DNA of 33,681 bases from a virus. Taxonomy: Duplodnaviria; Caudoviricetes. This document shows positions 26,530-33,681 of this stretch, one piece after another. The stretch spans positions 1 through 33,681 of IMG/VR virus record IMGVR_UViG_3300037307_000296. The stretch is one strand, 5' to 3'. The position numbers and the translations under genes were made by a program. The notes beneath the pieces are model-generated. The model made no database searches. It was given only the letters and a program-made list of their open reading frames with translations, and was not told the origin of the DNA. Numbering within the stretch: position 1 is the first letter of the stretch; each line of letters opens with the position of its first letter.

Positions 26530-27964
26530 CGGCAAGATCGGGCGCGTAGGCCACCCTGCGGCGCTGGGTTTGCTTGCGGCCGCGTGGCGCAACCCGCGCC
26601 ATCGCGCCGCCGTACTGGGCAGCCTGTCTGTCGACCATTTCGTGGGCGCGGACCGGACGCTGTATAGGGCGCTTGAGGAGGAGCCCTTTGACTATTTGTC
26701 CATCGAGGGCAAACTGGACGCAGCGGCGCTGGCGCGCGTGATCGAGATGCAGGCAGTAACTCTAGGGCAACCGTCCGATGCGCTTGTGGCGCGTTGGATT
26801 ACGACGTTGCGCTATGAGCGTAGTCGTGCCACGTTTGGCGCTGCGCTGGCGGACTCGATCGCCGCGCTCAGCAAGGGGGCAAAGATCGGAGAGGTGCTCG
26901 ACAAGCTGGTAAGCGTGGTTGCGGATGAAAACATTGCGGGTGTATCCACAGTGACGGCGGCGGCGGCTGTGGAGCTGGCGCGGGCCGACCTCGATAACGC
27001 GCTCAAGGGCGACCCATGGACGAACGCTGTGCCAACGGGTTTCCGGGGCGTGGACCGCAATCTGGGCGGGTTGCGGCGTGGGCACGTGACGGTGATTGGT
27101 GCGTTGCAGCAGCGCGGCAAGACACAGCTGGCTCTACAGATATTGCGCAATGTCATCGCGTGGTCGCAGAGTAGGCAACTGGACAACGCCTGTGTGATGT
27201 TCTCCGCGGAGATGCCGGAGGCGGAGATCATCATGCGGTTAGCGCAGGCCGAGAGTGGGGTTGCGCTGCACAGCATCAAGACCGGGCGGATACCCGGCGC
27301 GACCATCGCGGAGAGCACTCCGGTTGAGCAGCGCCACATAGATGCCTATAAGGCGGCACTGGACCATATTGCGCAGCAGTTAGGCGATAGGCTGGTGATT
27401 TGCCCGGATGCAGCGCCGTCCACTGCACTAATGGCACGCATTGTCAGTCTGGAGGCGGCGCGGCGCAAAGATGGCATCGGCTTGATTGTGTTTGACTACT
27501 TGCAATTGGCAGGGGACGGGCGCGGGGCCGAAAACGAGACCGTGCGGGTGGGCACAATCATGCGTGGTCTCAAGCGGCTGGCCAAGACCTACAACGCGCC
27601 CGTGCTGGTACTTGCGCAGCTCAATCGCTCGGTGGAGATGACCACCGAGCGTATGCCGCAGATGTACCACTTGCGGCAATCGGGGGAGATCGAGCATCTT
27701 GCTGAGGCTGTGCTGCTGATTGACATGCCGATGCTGTACAAATCCGCATCGGGCTACCCTGCTCAGGCGATAGAGGAGCGCGCCCGGCGCTATGACAAGG
27801 CGGGCGGCAACGCCGCGCTCGTCATCGGGAAAAACCGCAACGGCGGCCAGCCCGGGCGCGGTATGATCATGCGCTTTGAGCCGGCCTGCACACGCTGGGC
27901 TGACATCGATTATCCCGATGACGGCAAGGGTAAGTTGCTGCAAACCAAAGGAGACTTTGACTGA
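26492..27964 (+). CDS. dnaB: DnaB-like replicative helicase (start uncertain, 26459-26492)
   Basis: PTGF..D, RGKT, FSAEM, VFDYLQL, LAQLNR, LRQSGEIE, KNRNG. Confidence 0.9.
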   Translation: MQAVSTATRSPSDGKIGRVGHPAALGLLAAAWRNPRHRAAVLGSLSVDHFVGADRTLYRALEEEPFDYLSIEGKLDAAALARVIEMQAVTLGQPSDALVARWITTLRYERSRATFGAALADSIAALSKGAKIGEVLDKLVSVVADENIAGVSTVTAAAAVELARADLDNALKGDPWTNAVPTGFRGVDRNLGGLRRGHVTVIGALQQRGKTQLALQILRNVIAWSQSRQLDNACVMFSAEMPEAEIIMRLAQAESGVALHSIKTGRIPGATIAESTPVEQRHIDAYKAALDHIAQQLGDRLVICPDAAPSTALMARIVSLEAARRKDGIGLIVFDYLQLAGDGRGAENETVRVGTIMRGLKRLAKTYNAPVLVLAQLNRSVEMTTERMPQMYHLRQSGEIEHLAEAVLLIDMPMLYKSASGYPAQAIEERARRYDKAGGNAALVIGKNRNGGQPGRGMIMRFEPACTRWADIDYPDDGKGKLLQTKGDFD

Positions 27965-28230
27965 TGGACGGGTGTGGATACTACCGGCTTGACATGGCTA
28001 TAGAGCATCGCGGCGGCAACGCCTACCTGCTGCATGTGGAGCACACCCATGATGAGGTTATGGAGATCGCGAGGCGGGCCGCTGACGTACTGGGCTGTGC
28101 CATTGGTGTGCATCAGGTAGGGCCAACTGTCTGGCAGCTGATTGTGGCACACCGCGTTAATCACGTGGCGGCGGTGCTCGCTGCGCTGCGAGATGCGGCC
28201 CATCCCGGCCCATGGGCCGCGCTGTATTGA
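27964..28230 (+). CDS. Hypothetical protein
   Basis: TGATG coupling, GGAG RBS. Confidence 0.55.
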   Translation: MDGCGYYRLDMAIEHRGGNAYLLHVEHTHDEVMEIARRAADVLGCAIGVHQVGPTVWQLIVAHRVNHVAAVLAALRDAAHPGPWAALY

Positions 28231-28246
28231 CAGGCCGTGTTATAAT
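28227..28246 (+). promoter_or_regulatory. Extended -10 promoter (TGtTATAAT)
   Basis: ttgaca-ggccgtgt-tataat, 15 nt upstream of ATG 28262. Confidence 0.6.
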
Positions 28247-28261
28247 AGGGTAGGCGGGGTG

Positions 28262-28519
28262 ATGGACGAGTTTGACAGAGACGACCTTGCGCAGTGGCTC
28301 ACGCATTACACGCTGGCCAACGGCGTGGTGGACCCGCCGCGTCATGTGGCGGAGATCAATTGTGGCAACTACTTTGGCCTAATTGGACGGTGTCGCGGCA
28401 CGTGGTATCTGTGGCTCAGCCGCATCCCGATCTGGCGGCGCCGCAGCCCGTTTGATGTGGTGTCCATCCGCGACATCCGGGCCGCCCTGCTGAGTGGTGA
28501 TGAGGTACAGCAGTTATGA
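28262..28519 (+). CDS. Hypothetical protein
   Basis: ATG downstream of the promoter. Confidence 0.55.
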   Translation: MDEFDRDDLAQWLTHYTLANGVVDPPRHVAEINCGNYFGLIGRCRGTWYLWLSRIPIWRRRSPFDVVSIRDIRAALLSGDEVQQL

Positions 28520-28767
28520 TAGCTCGCTGTGCTGCCAGTGACGGGGTTTGTCCGTTGCTCCCTATGTGTGTGTACCCCTCAAGGCTCGCGCCACTGGCAG
28601 CACAGCGGGCTATGATGTCCGCAGGTTCGAGTGGGACCGAGGACCGACACGGGAAGGAAGGTCGTATCGAACCATGCAGAGACCGGGGCGGTGTTTTGAT
28701 CCTGATAGACCAAGCACGCATCTACACTGAGCCACACCGTCCCGGTCGCGTGCGATATGGAGGCTGA
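28516..28767 (+). CDS. Hypothetical protein (reading frame uncertain)
   Basis: ATGA overlap; competing ORF at 28548-28730. Confidence 0.3.
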   Translation: MIARCAASDGVCPLLPMCVYPSRLAPLAAQRAMMSAGSSGTEDRHGKEGRIEPCRDRGGVLILIDQARIYTEPHRPGRVRYGG

Positions 28768-28772
28768 CGACC

Positions 28773-29132
28773 ATGGTATCAGACTGGGTGTCACTGGCGG
28801 AGAGCCTCAGGGCGTTGGAGGCCGTGACCAGCATCCGCGACGGCTGGCCGACACGTGCCGCGCTTGGCCTTATCCGCATGGTCCTAACCGATCTACTGCT
28901 GCGCTCGCTCGCGCGGCACGGCTACACGGTCATGTGGGATAATCGCAATCTGGTCTACGCGGTGGAGCATAGCCGCGGCTTCGCAGGGGCGGGGGTAACA
29001 TTGCCGGCCGCCGCGCTGGAACTGTGGGGCCAGATGCGGCGCCGCATGGCGCTGCGTCTGGATATGCAGTATACCGATCAAGGAATGGAGGAACCGTATG
29101 AAGGGCATCAGCATCGATCCCAACACGCATGA
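28773..29132 (+). CDS. Hypothetical protein
   Basis: GGAGG RBS. Confidence 0.55.
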   Translation: MVSDWVSLAESLRALEAVTSIRDGWPTRAALGLIRMVLTDLLLRSLARHGYTVMWDNRNLVYAVEHSRGFAGAGVTLPAAALELWGQMRRRMALRLDMQYTDQGMEEPYEGHQHRSQHA

Positions 29133-29553
29133 CACAGGTCTGGTGATCTGGTCTGGCTCCGAGCCTATCTCGTGGTGGGTCCTGGGCGGGCGCTCTGCCG
29201 AGGAGATGGCAGGGCACATCGTGACGCAGATCATACGCCTTGCGCCCGATTGGATCGCGATCGAGGGCGCGTATCTGGGCGAAAACCCAAACACCTATGG
29301 GCAACTGATGATGCTGATTGGCGCTACAGTTGGCACGGCGCGGCATCTGGGTATCCCGTGCCGCGTGATCTCAGCAGCCGAGATCAGCGACCGGCTTAAT
29401 CTGCCGGTCAAAGGCCGCAAGGCCGCCAATATGCGACTGGCGGAGATGGTACGCCCGGCATGGCGTCTCACGCAGGACACTGCTGATGCTCTTGCTGTGG
29501 GGCTGGCGGTAGTGCATGAGTTTGTGCAGACAAGTATGGAGCACACCGGGTGA
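29098..29553 (+). CDS. ruvC: RuvC-like Holliday junction resolvase
   Basis: ISIDP..TG, IAIE, DTADALAVG acidic tetrad. Confidence 0.85.
   Translation: MKGISIDPNTHDTGLVIWSGSEPISWWVLGGRSAEEMAGHIVTQIIRLAPDWIAIEGAYLGENPNTYGQLMMLIGATVGTARHLGIPCRVISAAEISDRLNLPVKGRKAANMRLAEMVRPAWRLTQDTADALAVGLAVVHEFVQTSMEHTG
29506..29547 (+). repeat. 42-bp imperfect direct repeat, copy A (3' end of ruvC)
   Basis: Matches 1261-1302 with 5 mismatches. Confidence 0.85.
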
Positions 29554-29606
29554 CCCGGGATGCTGCCGTTTGACCGCGCAACTGATGTTGCTGGGGAGTC
29601 GATGAG

Positions 29607-29873
29607 ATGAGATGTCCGCGCTGCGGGGCCGTACTGGAGCCATCTGTGCCTCTGACGCCACCGGAGATCGCGGTGCTTGACGCACTGCGTTACTGCGCAA
29701 ACGGCGCCGGCATTGTGCGTGCCGTGGCAGTCGCTGATGTGGCAGGACTGTCGCGCTGCTACACGTCAAGCCTGCTCAAGTCGCTTGAGATACGAGGCCT
29801 GGTGGACCGCCCGCGCGGTCCGAAATCGGGCTGGCGACCGGTGCTGCGGGAGGTCTTGCGGCTGGTCATGTAG
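29607..29873 (+). CDS. Winged-HTH transcription regulator with N-terminal CPRC
   Basis: LTPPEIAVL...VADVAGLSR...LKSLEIRGLV.R..G..SGW. Confidence 0.7.
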   Translation: MRCPRCGAVLEPSVPLTPPEIAVLDALRYCANGAGIVRAVAVADVAGLSRCYTSSLLKSLEIRGLVDRPRGPKSGWRPVLREVLRLVM

Positions 29874-29901
29874 CGGGTATATCATAGTGCTATCGTTTCG
29901 T

Positions 29902-29939
29902 GGCCGCGCCGGCACCAGTTGTCAACCGCCGGCGCGGCC
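29902..29939 (+). terminator. 12-bp GC stem-loop after the wHTH gene
   Basis: ggccgcgccggc...gccggcgcggcc; no U tract. Confidence 0.4.
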
Positions 29940-30095
29940 CGCACGCGACAGAACATCTGCCAAACATCACCTCTTGCGGCTCTGACATACTATAGTCAGA
30001 GTCTCTGTTTACCCCGCCCTGCCACACACAAGAGGGCTTGCCAGCCGACAGAGGGTGGCAGCGCGGGGGGCGTGCACAGCAGCAACGAGGCAGGG

Positions 30096-30386
30096 GTGGA
30101 CGAGAAGACATTACGCGAGCGGGTGCAAGCAATCGACTTGTTGCTGAGGCTGCTCGACACCGTGATCCGTGACGCGCAAGCCAGCGGAGACGACCGCTGG
30201 AAAACGCGCCCAAATCCGGACACACCCAGCGTGCAGGAACAGGCTGTGGCCCTAAACGCGGAACGCGGGGCGCTGCTGGCTGATTTGCGCGCCCTGCTGG
30301 GCATCCCGCGGCCAGACCAGGTCATCATACGGGCCCGGCCGGGCCAGACCAAAGCAAAGGAGTTATCAACCCATGGCCGAAGGTGA
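30096..30386 (+). CDS. Hypothetical helical protein
   Basis: GAGG RBS before GTG 30096. Confidence 0.55.
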   Translation: MDEKTLRERVQAIDLLLRLLDTVIRDAQASGDDRWKTRPNPDTPSVQEQAVALNAERGALLADLRALLGIPRPDQVIIRARPGQTKAKELSTHGRR

Positions 30387-30822
30387 CATTGTCCTCTACA
30401 ACAATTTCAAGGAAGGCATCCTGACCGGGCTGTTCAACCTGGCGACAGACACGATCCGGATCACGCTCCACACAGGGTATACGCCCAACATTGACACGCA
30501 CGACCAGTGGGCAGATACCGGCGTGTCGTCAACCGAGTACGGTACGGGGGCGGGCTACACCGCGGGCGGCGCGACGCTCGGATCGCTGTCGGTCACACAA
30601 GACGACACGAACGACCGCGTGCTGTGGGATGCTGCGGATGTCACGTGGAGCTCGCTGGGAGCACTGACGCCCGCCACGCCGTCACACGCGATCATCTGGG
30701 ATGATACCACGACTGGTGACCTGCTGATCTGTTACATCGTGCTGGGCACCACAGCCACCAATGGGGGCAATTACACCATTGCGTTCTCATCGTCCCCGGC
30801 CGCGATCATCTCTATCACGTGA
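30373..30822 (+). CDS. Virion structural protein (minor tail/fibre-associated)
   Basis: AAGGAG RBS; YTAGG.TL, WDAADVTW, TNGGNYTIAF. Confidence 0.7.
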   Translation: MAEGDIVLYNNFKEGILTGLFNLATDTIRITLHTGYTPNIDTHDQWADTGVSSTEYGTGAGYTAGGATLGSLSVTQDDTNDRVLWDAADVTWSSLGALTPATPSHAIIWDDTTTGDLLICYIVLGTTATNGGNYTIAFSSSPAAIISIT

Positions 30823-30825
30823 CGT

Positions 30826-31083
30826 ATGGCGCGAGAAATCAACGTCTTTGTCACCAGCGAAAGCGACGGCACCACACGTGACGCGGTGCCTGACTGGCTG
30901 ATCCATATGGCGGCAAGCTGGATCGACAACGCAGGCCAGCCCCAGCAGGCAGCGGTAGATCGCTATCTACTGGCACAATTGAGCTGGATCAAAGACAGCC
31001 ATCCAGCGAGGGCGCGGGAGCTGATGGAGCAGCTGGTATACGAGATCGAGCGGGTACGGCAGGGGCTTGATCCGACACTATGA
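30826..31083 (+). CDS. Hypothetical protein
   Basis: Tightly coupled within the operon. Confidence 0.55.
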   Translation: MAREINVFVTSESDGTTRDAVPDWLIHMAASWIDNAGQPQQAAVDRYLLAQLSWIKDSHPARARELMEQLVYEIERVRQGLDPTL

Positions 31084-32459
31084 CCACGTACTATGTAGGG
31101 CCAGGTGGCAATGACGGCAACGCAGGCACCAGCTGGGCGGCGAGAAAAGCGACGCTCACCGGCGCTGAGGATATCCCAGTGGTGGCTAACGATACGGTCT
31201 ACGTTGGCCCGGGAACCTACCGCGAGACATTGACGCTGGATGTGTCAGGCTCCAGCGGGCAACCCATCACGTACATCGGGGATGTGACGGGGGCCAACAC
31301 GGATGGCGTGGGGGGACTGGTGCGCATCACCGGCTCGGATAACGATCAGACTGGCACCAGAGACTATTGTGTGACCGACAACGGGCGGAGCTATCGCACC
31401 TTTCGCGGGTTCGCGTTCGAGGGCGCGCTTGAAAGCCAGTTCCATGTGACGGGCGGCGGCGCCAATGTGATCATCGAGGATTGCCAGTTTTTCTGTGGCG
31501 GCGCTTACGACACCCGGGATGTGTATGTCTCCGAGAGCACGCCAACGAACATCACAATCCGCCGCTGCCTGTTCTGGGGATACGGCCAGGGGGTCTATTT
31601 CTACTCCGGGTCTGACACGGCGGCGTCGGGTTGCACCGTAACAAACTGCCTTTTCACCGGGAAATACTACGGTCTGGTATGTAATAACGTATCTGGCGTG
31701 TCGATGAGTCATTGCACTGTGGTCGGGGCGGCTTATAGCGTCTACGTCAATTCGCTGGCGGCTTCGTCTTCTATCACGCTGCGCAACAGCCAGTTCCTGG
31801 GCTGCCACTACAACCTCTATTCGTCGGCGGCCGGCCAGATCGACGAGGACTATAACAACGTAACCGGCTCATACACCGACAGGACAAATGTCACGGCCGG
31901 GGCGAATTCGGTCGCTTATATCCCCGGCCTGTGGGCAGCGCCCCTGTTTGACGGTGTGCGCCTCCCGGCGGTCGTGCCTGGAGACCTCGCGCCCTGGTCA
32001 GCGTTGCGAGGGTTTGTGGGCAGCGCCACGCAGACCGATGATCTATATGGCGTCACGCGCCCGACGACAGCCAGCAAGCAATCGCTGGGGGCGGTACAGT
32101 ACCAGCCGGTTGTGCGTGAGGCCAGCACCACCTATGACAGCAGCGCGGCGTCGCTGGAGTTGAGCGATGCCGGCGAAGTGCAGTTCCGCGCGCCGGTCAC
32201 GGCCACCAGCACCACGATCTCGGTACGCGCCTACCGCGAGGCCAACTACGCCGGCACCAACCCGCAGATGATCATCATGCAGGCGGGCCAGAGCGACCGC
32301 ACCACGACCGACACAGGCAGCGCCGGCGCCTGGAACCAGTTGACCGACACCTTCACTCCGGCGGCTACCCCTGATTACGTGGTGGTCGTGCTGCGCTCCA
32401 ACAACACCGCAACCAGCGGCTCGTATGCCGCGTACTTTGACGCCCTGGCGGTGTCGTGA
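31080..32459 (+). CDS. Parallel beta-helix (pectin-lyase-like) protein with C-terminal jelly-roll/CBM-like domain; candidate depolymerase or receptor-binding protein
   Basis: TYYV..GND.N.G.S, DTVYVGPGTYRE, repeated I.NC.F rungs, C-terminal YFDAL.V. Confidence 0.75.
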   Translation: MTTYYVGPGGNDGNAGTSWAARKATLTGAEDIPVVANDTVYVGPGTYRETLTLDVSGSSGQPITYIGDVTGANTDGVGGLVRITGSDNDQTGTRDYCVTDNGRSYRTFRGFAFEGALESQFHVTGGGANVIIEDCQFFCGGAYDTRDVYVSESTPTNITIRRCLFWGYGQGVYFYSGSDTAASGCTVTNCLFTGKYYGLVCNNVSGVSMSHCTVVGAAYSVYVNSLAASSSITLRNSQFLGCHYNLYSSAAGQIDEDYNNVTGSYTDRTNVTAGANSVAYIPGLWAAPLFDGVRLPAVVPGDLAPWSALRGFVGSATQTDDLYGVTRPTTASKQSLGAVQYQPVVREASTTYDSSAASLELSDAGEVQFRAPVTATSTTISVRAYREANYAGTNPQMIIMQAGQSDRTTTDTGSAGAWNQLTDTFTPAATPDYVVVVLRSNNTATSGSYAAYFDALAVS

Positions 32460-33681
32460 TGACCAGCACAGGCCAGGTCTATCCGGGGTCAGTGACTACA
32501 GCCTCGGAGTCGCCCTGGTCGGATAACGACTGGTCTACGCCGTCTGGCGTCACAGCCGACGGTGGTGACACCGCCAATATCACAAGCCCTACTTATGATA
32601 CCGGGGACCAGAGCTATGTGCTCAAGGCATACAACTTTGCCTTGAGCAGCATCCCGGACGGCGCGACAATTAACACGGTCACCTGTCGCGTCAATGCATA
32701 TTACGCCAGCGGTGAGGGCAGCGGGTCAGTTGATCTGATGCAGCTGCTGGACACCTCCCGCGCAACGGGCGGCACAAATTTGTGCAGCACGCCTGTTGCC
32801 CTCACCACGACGACCAGCACCGTGATCACCAAGAGCGGCACCCCGACAGACTGGGGCCGTGCCCTGACCGCGGCGTGGGTCAAGGATGCCGATTTTGGCG
32901 TGGCGTTGGGCATCATCGCCACGGCAAATAACGCAGACGTGCACATCGATTATGTCACGTTGGAGATCGACTACACCGCCGCCGTGACCGTGACTGCCAG
33001 CGCCGGCACAGCCGACAGCGCTGGACAGGCCGCCAGTATCACGCCCGGCGCCGTGACCGTGACTGCCAGTGCCGGCACAGCCGACACGACCGGACAGGCC
33101 GCCACCATTACTACTGTGGCCCCCGGCGTCACGGTCACCGCCAGTGCTGGCACAGCCGACACGACCGGACAGGCCGCCACAATAACGCCCGGCGCGGTCA
33201 CGGTCACCGCCAGTGCAGGGGCGGCGGATACAGCGGGGCTTGGCGCGACAGTCAGTGCGGCTGCTGCGGTCGACCGCAACCCAGGCACAATCGATGTCTG
33301 GCTTACGGATCGCATCCCGCTTGGCGACCCTGCTCCACTGGCGGCCAGCACCGGAGATTTGGATGTCTGGCTGACCGACCGGCTCCCGCTGACCGTCTAT
33401 GCAGACGGTGGAGAGCCAAGCGGCGACCAGACCGTTACCGCCGCAGCGGGCTCAGCAGACACGGCGGGCCACGCCGCCAGTATCACACCGGGCGCCGTCA
33501 CGGTCACCGCCAGTGCCGGCACAGCCGACAGCGCCGGACAGTCTGCCACCATTACCAATGTGCCGCCGCCGCTGACTATCACAGCCTCCGCCGGTACGGC
33601 AGACACGACTGGGCACAGCGCCGCTATCCAGCCAGGGGCTGTCACTGTGACCGCCTCCGCCGGCACAGCCGACACCGCTGG
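32459..33681 (+). CDS. 5' part of the repeat fibre/adhesin-like protein (not in the ORF track; continues at 1-972)
   Basis: TGATG coupling; open frame MTSTGQVYPG...HIDYVTLEIDYT followed by the 23-aa repeats, no stop to the window end. Confidence 0.8.
   Translation, partial: MTSTGQVYPGSVTTASESPWSDNDWSTPSGVTADGGDTANITSPTYDTGDQSYVLKAYNFALSSIPDGATINTVTCRVNAYYASGEGSGSVDLMQLLDTSRATGGTNLCSTPVALTTTTSTVITKSGTPTDWGRALTAAWVKDADFGVALGIIATANNADVHIDYVTLEIDYTAAVTVTASAGTADSAGQAASITPGAVTVTASAGTADTTGQAATITTVAPGVTVTASAGTADTTGQAATITPGAVTVTASAGAADTAGLGATVSAAAAVDRNPGTIDVWLTDRIPLGDPAPLAASTGDLDVWLTDRLPLTVYADGGEPSGDQTVTAAAGSADTAGHAASITPGAVTVTASAGTADSAGQSATITNVPPPLTITASAGTADTTGHSAAIQPGAVTVTASAGTADTA
33557..33681. repeat. 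Terminal 125-bp overlap, copy 2
   Basis: Identical to 1-125. Confidence 0.9.

Noticed and set aside
33557-33681. Physical direct terminal repeat of the virion DNA
   Set aside because: It falls mid-gene within a repeat array and is better explained as an assembler overlap

Overview
The window is an apparently complete, circularly assembled ~33.56 kb high-GC siphovirus-type phage genome: the last 125 bp (33557-33681) duplicate 1-125, and one ORF reads in frame across the join. The gene order is: ParB-fused TGT-like protein, preQ1-I-like riboswitch and YhhQ/VUT transporter; terminases, SPP1-type portal, MuF-like head protein, scaffold and capsid; head-tail and tail genes with a -1 frameshifted chaperone; a lysis region with an embedded adenine methylase; two minus-strand pentapeptide-repeat paralogs where a lysogeny module normally sits; early and replication genes (Cro-like HTH, Rad52/Sak, primase, DnaB, RuvC); and a ~5.3 kb fibre/adhesin block bracketed by an imperfect 42-bp direct repeat. 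I could not recognise an integrase, a DNA polymerase or any queuosine-biosynthesis genes. The most interesting element is the compact 7-deazapurine salvage module at 1305-3191. Its riboswitch aligns without gaps to the Thermoanaerobacter tengcongensis preQ1-I aptamer (recalled from memory) but appears to carry U instead of the ligand-specifying C15. All family calls come from motif recognition by eye, not database searches. The host cannot be determined from the sequence.
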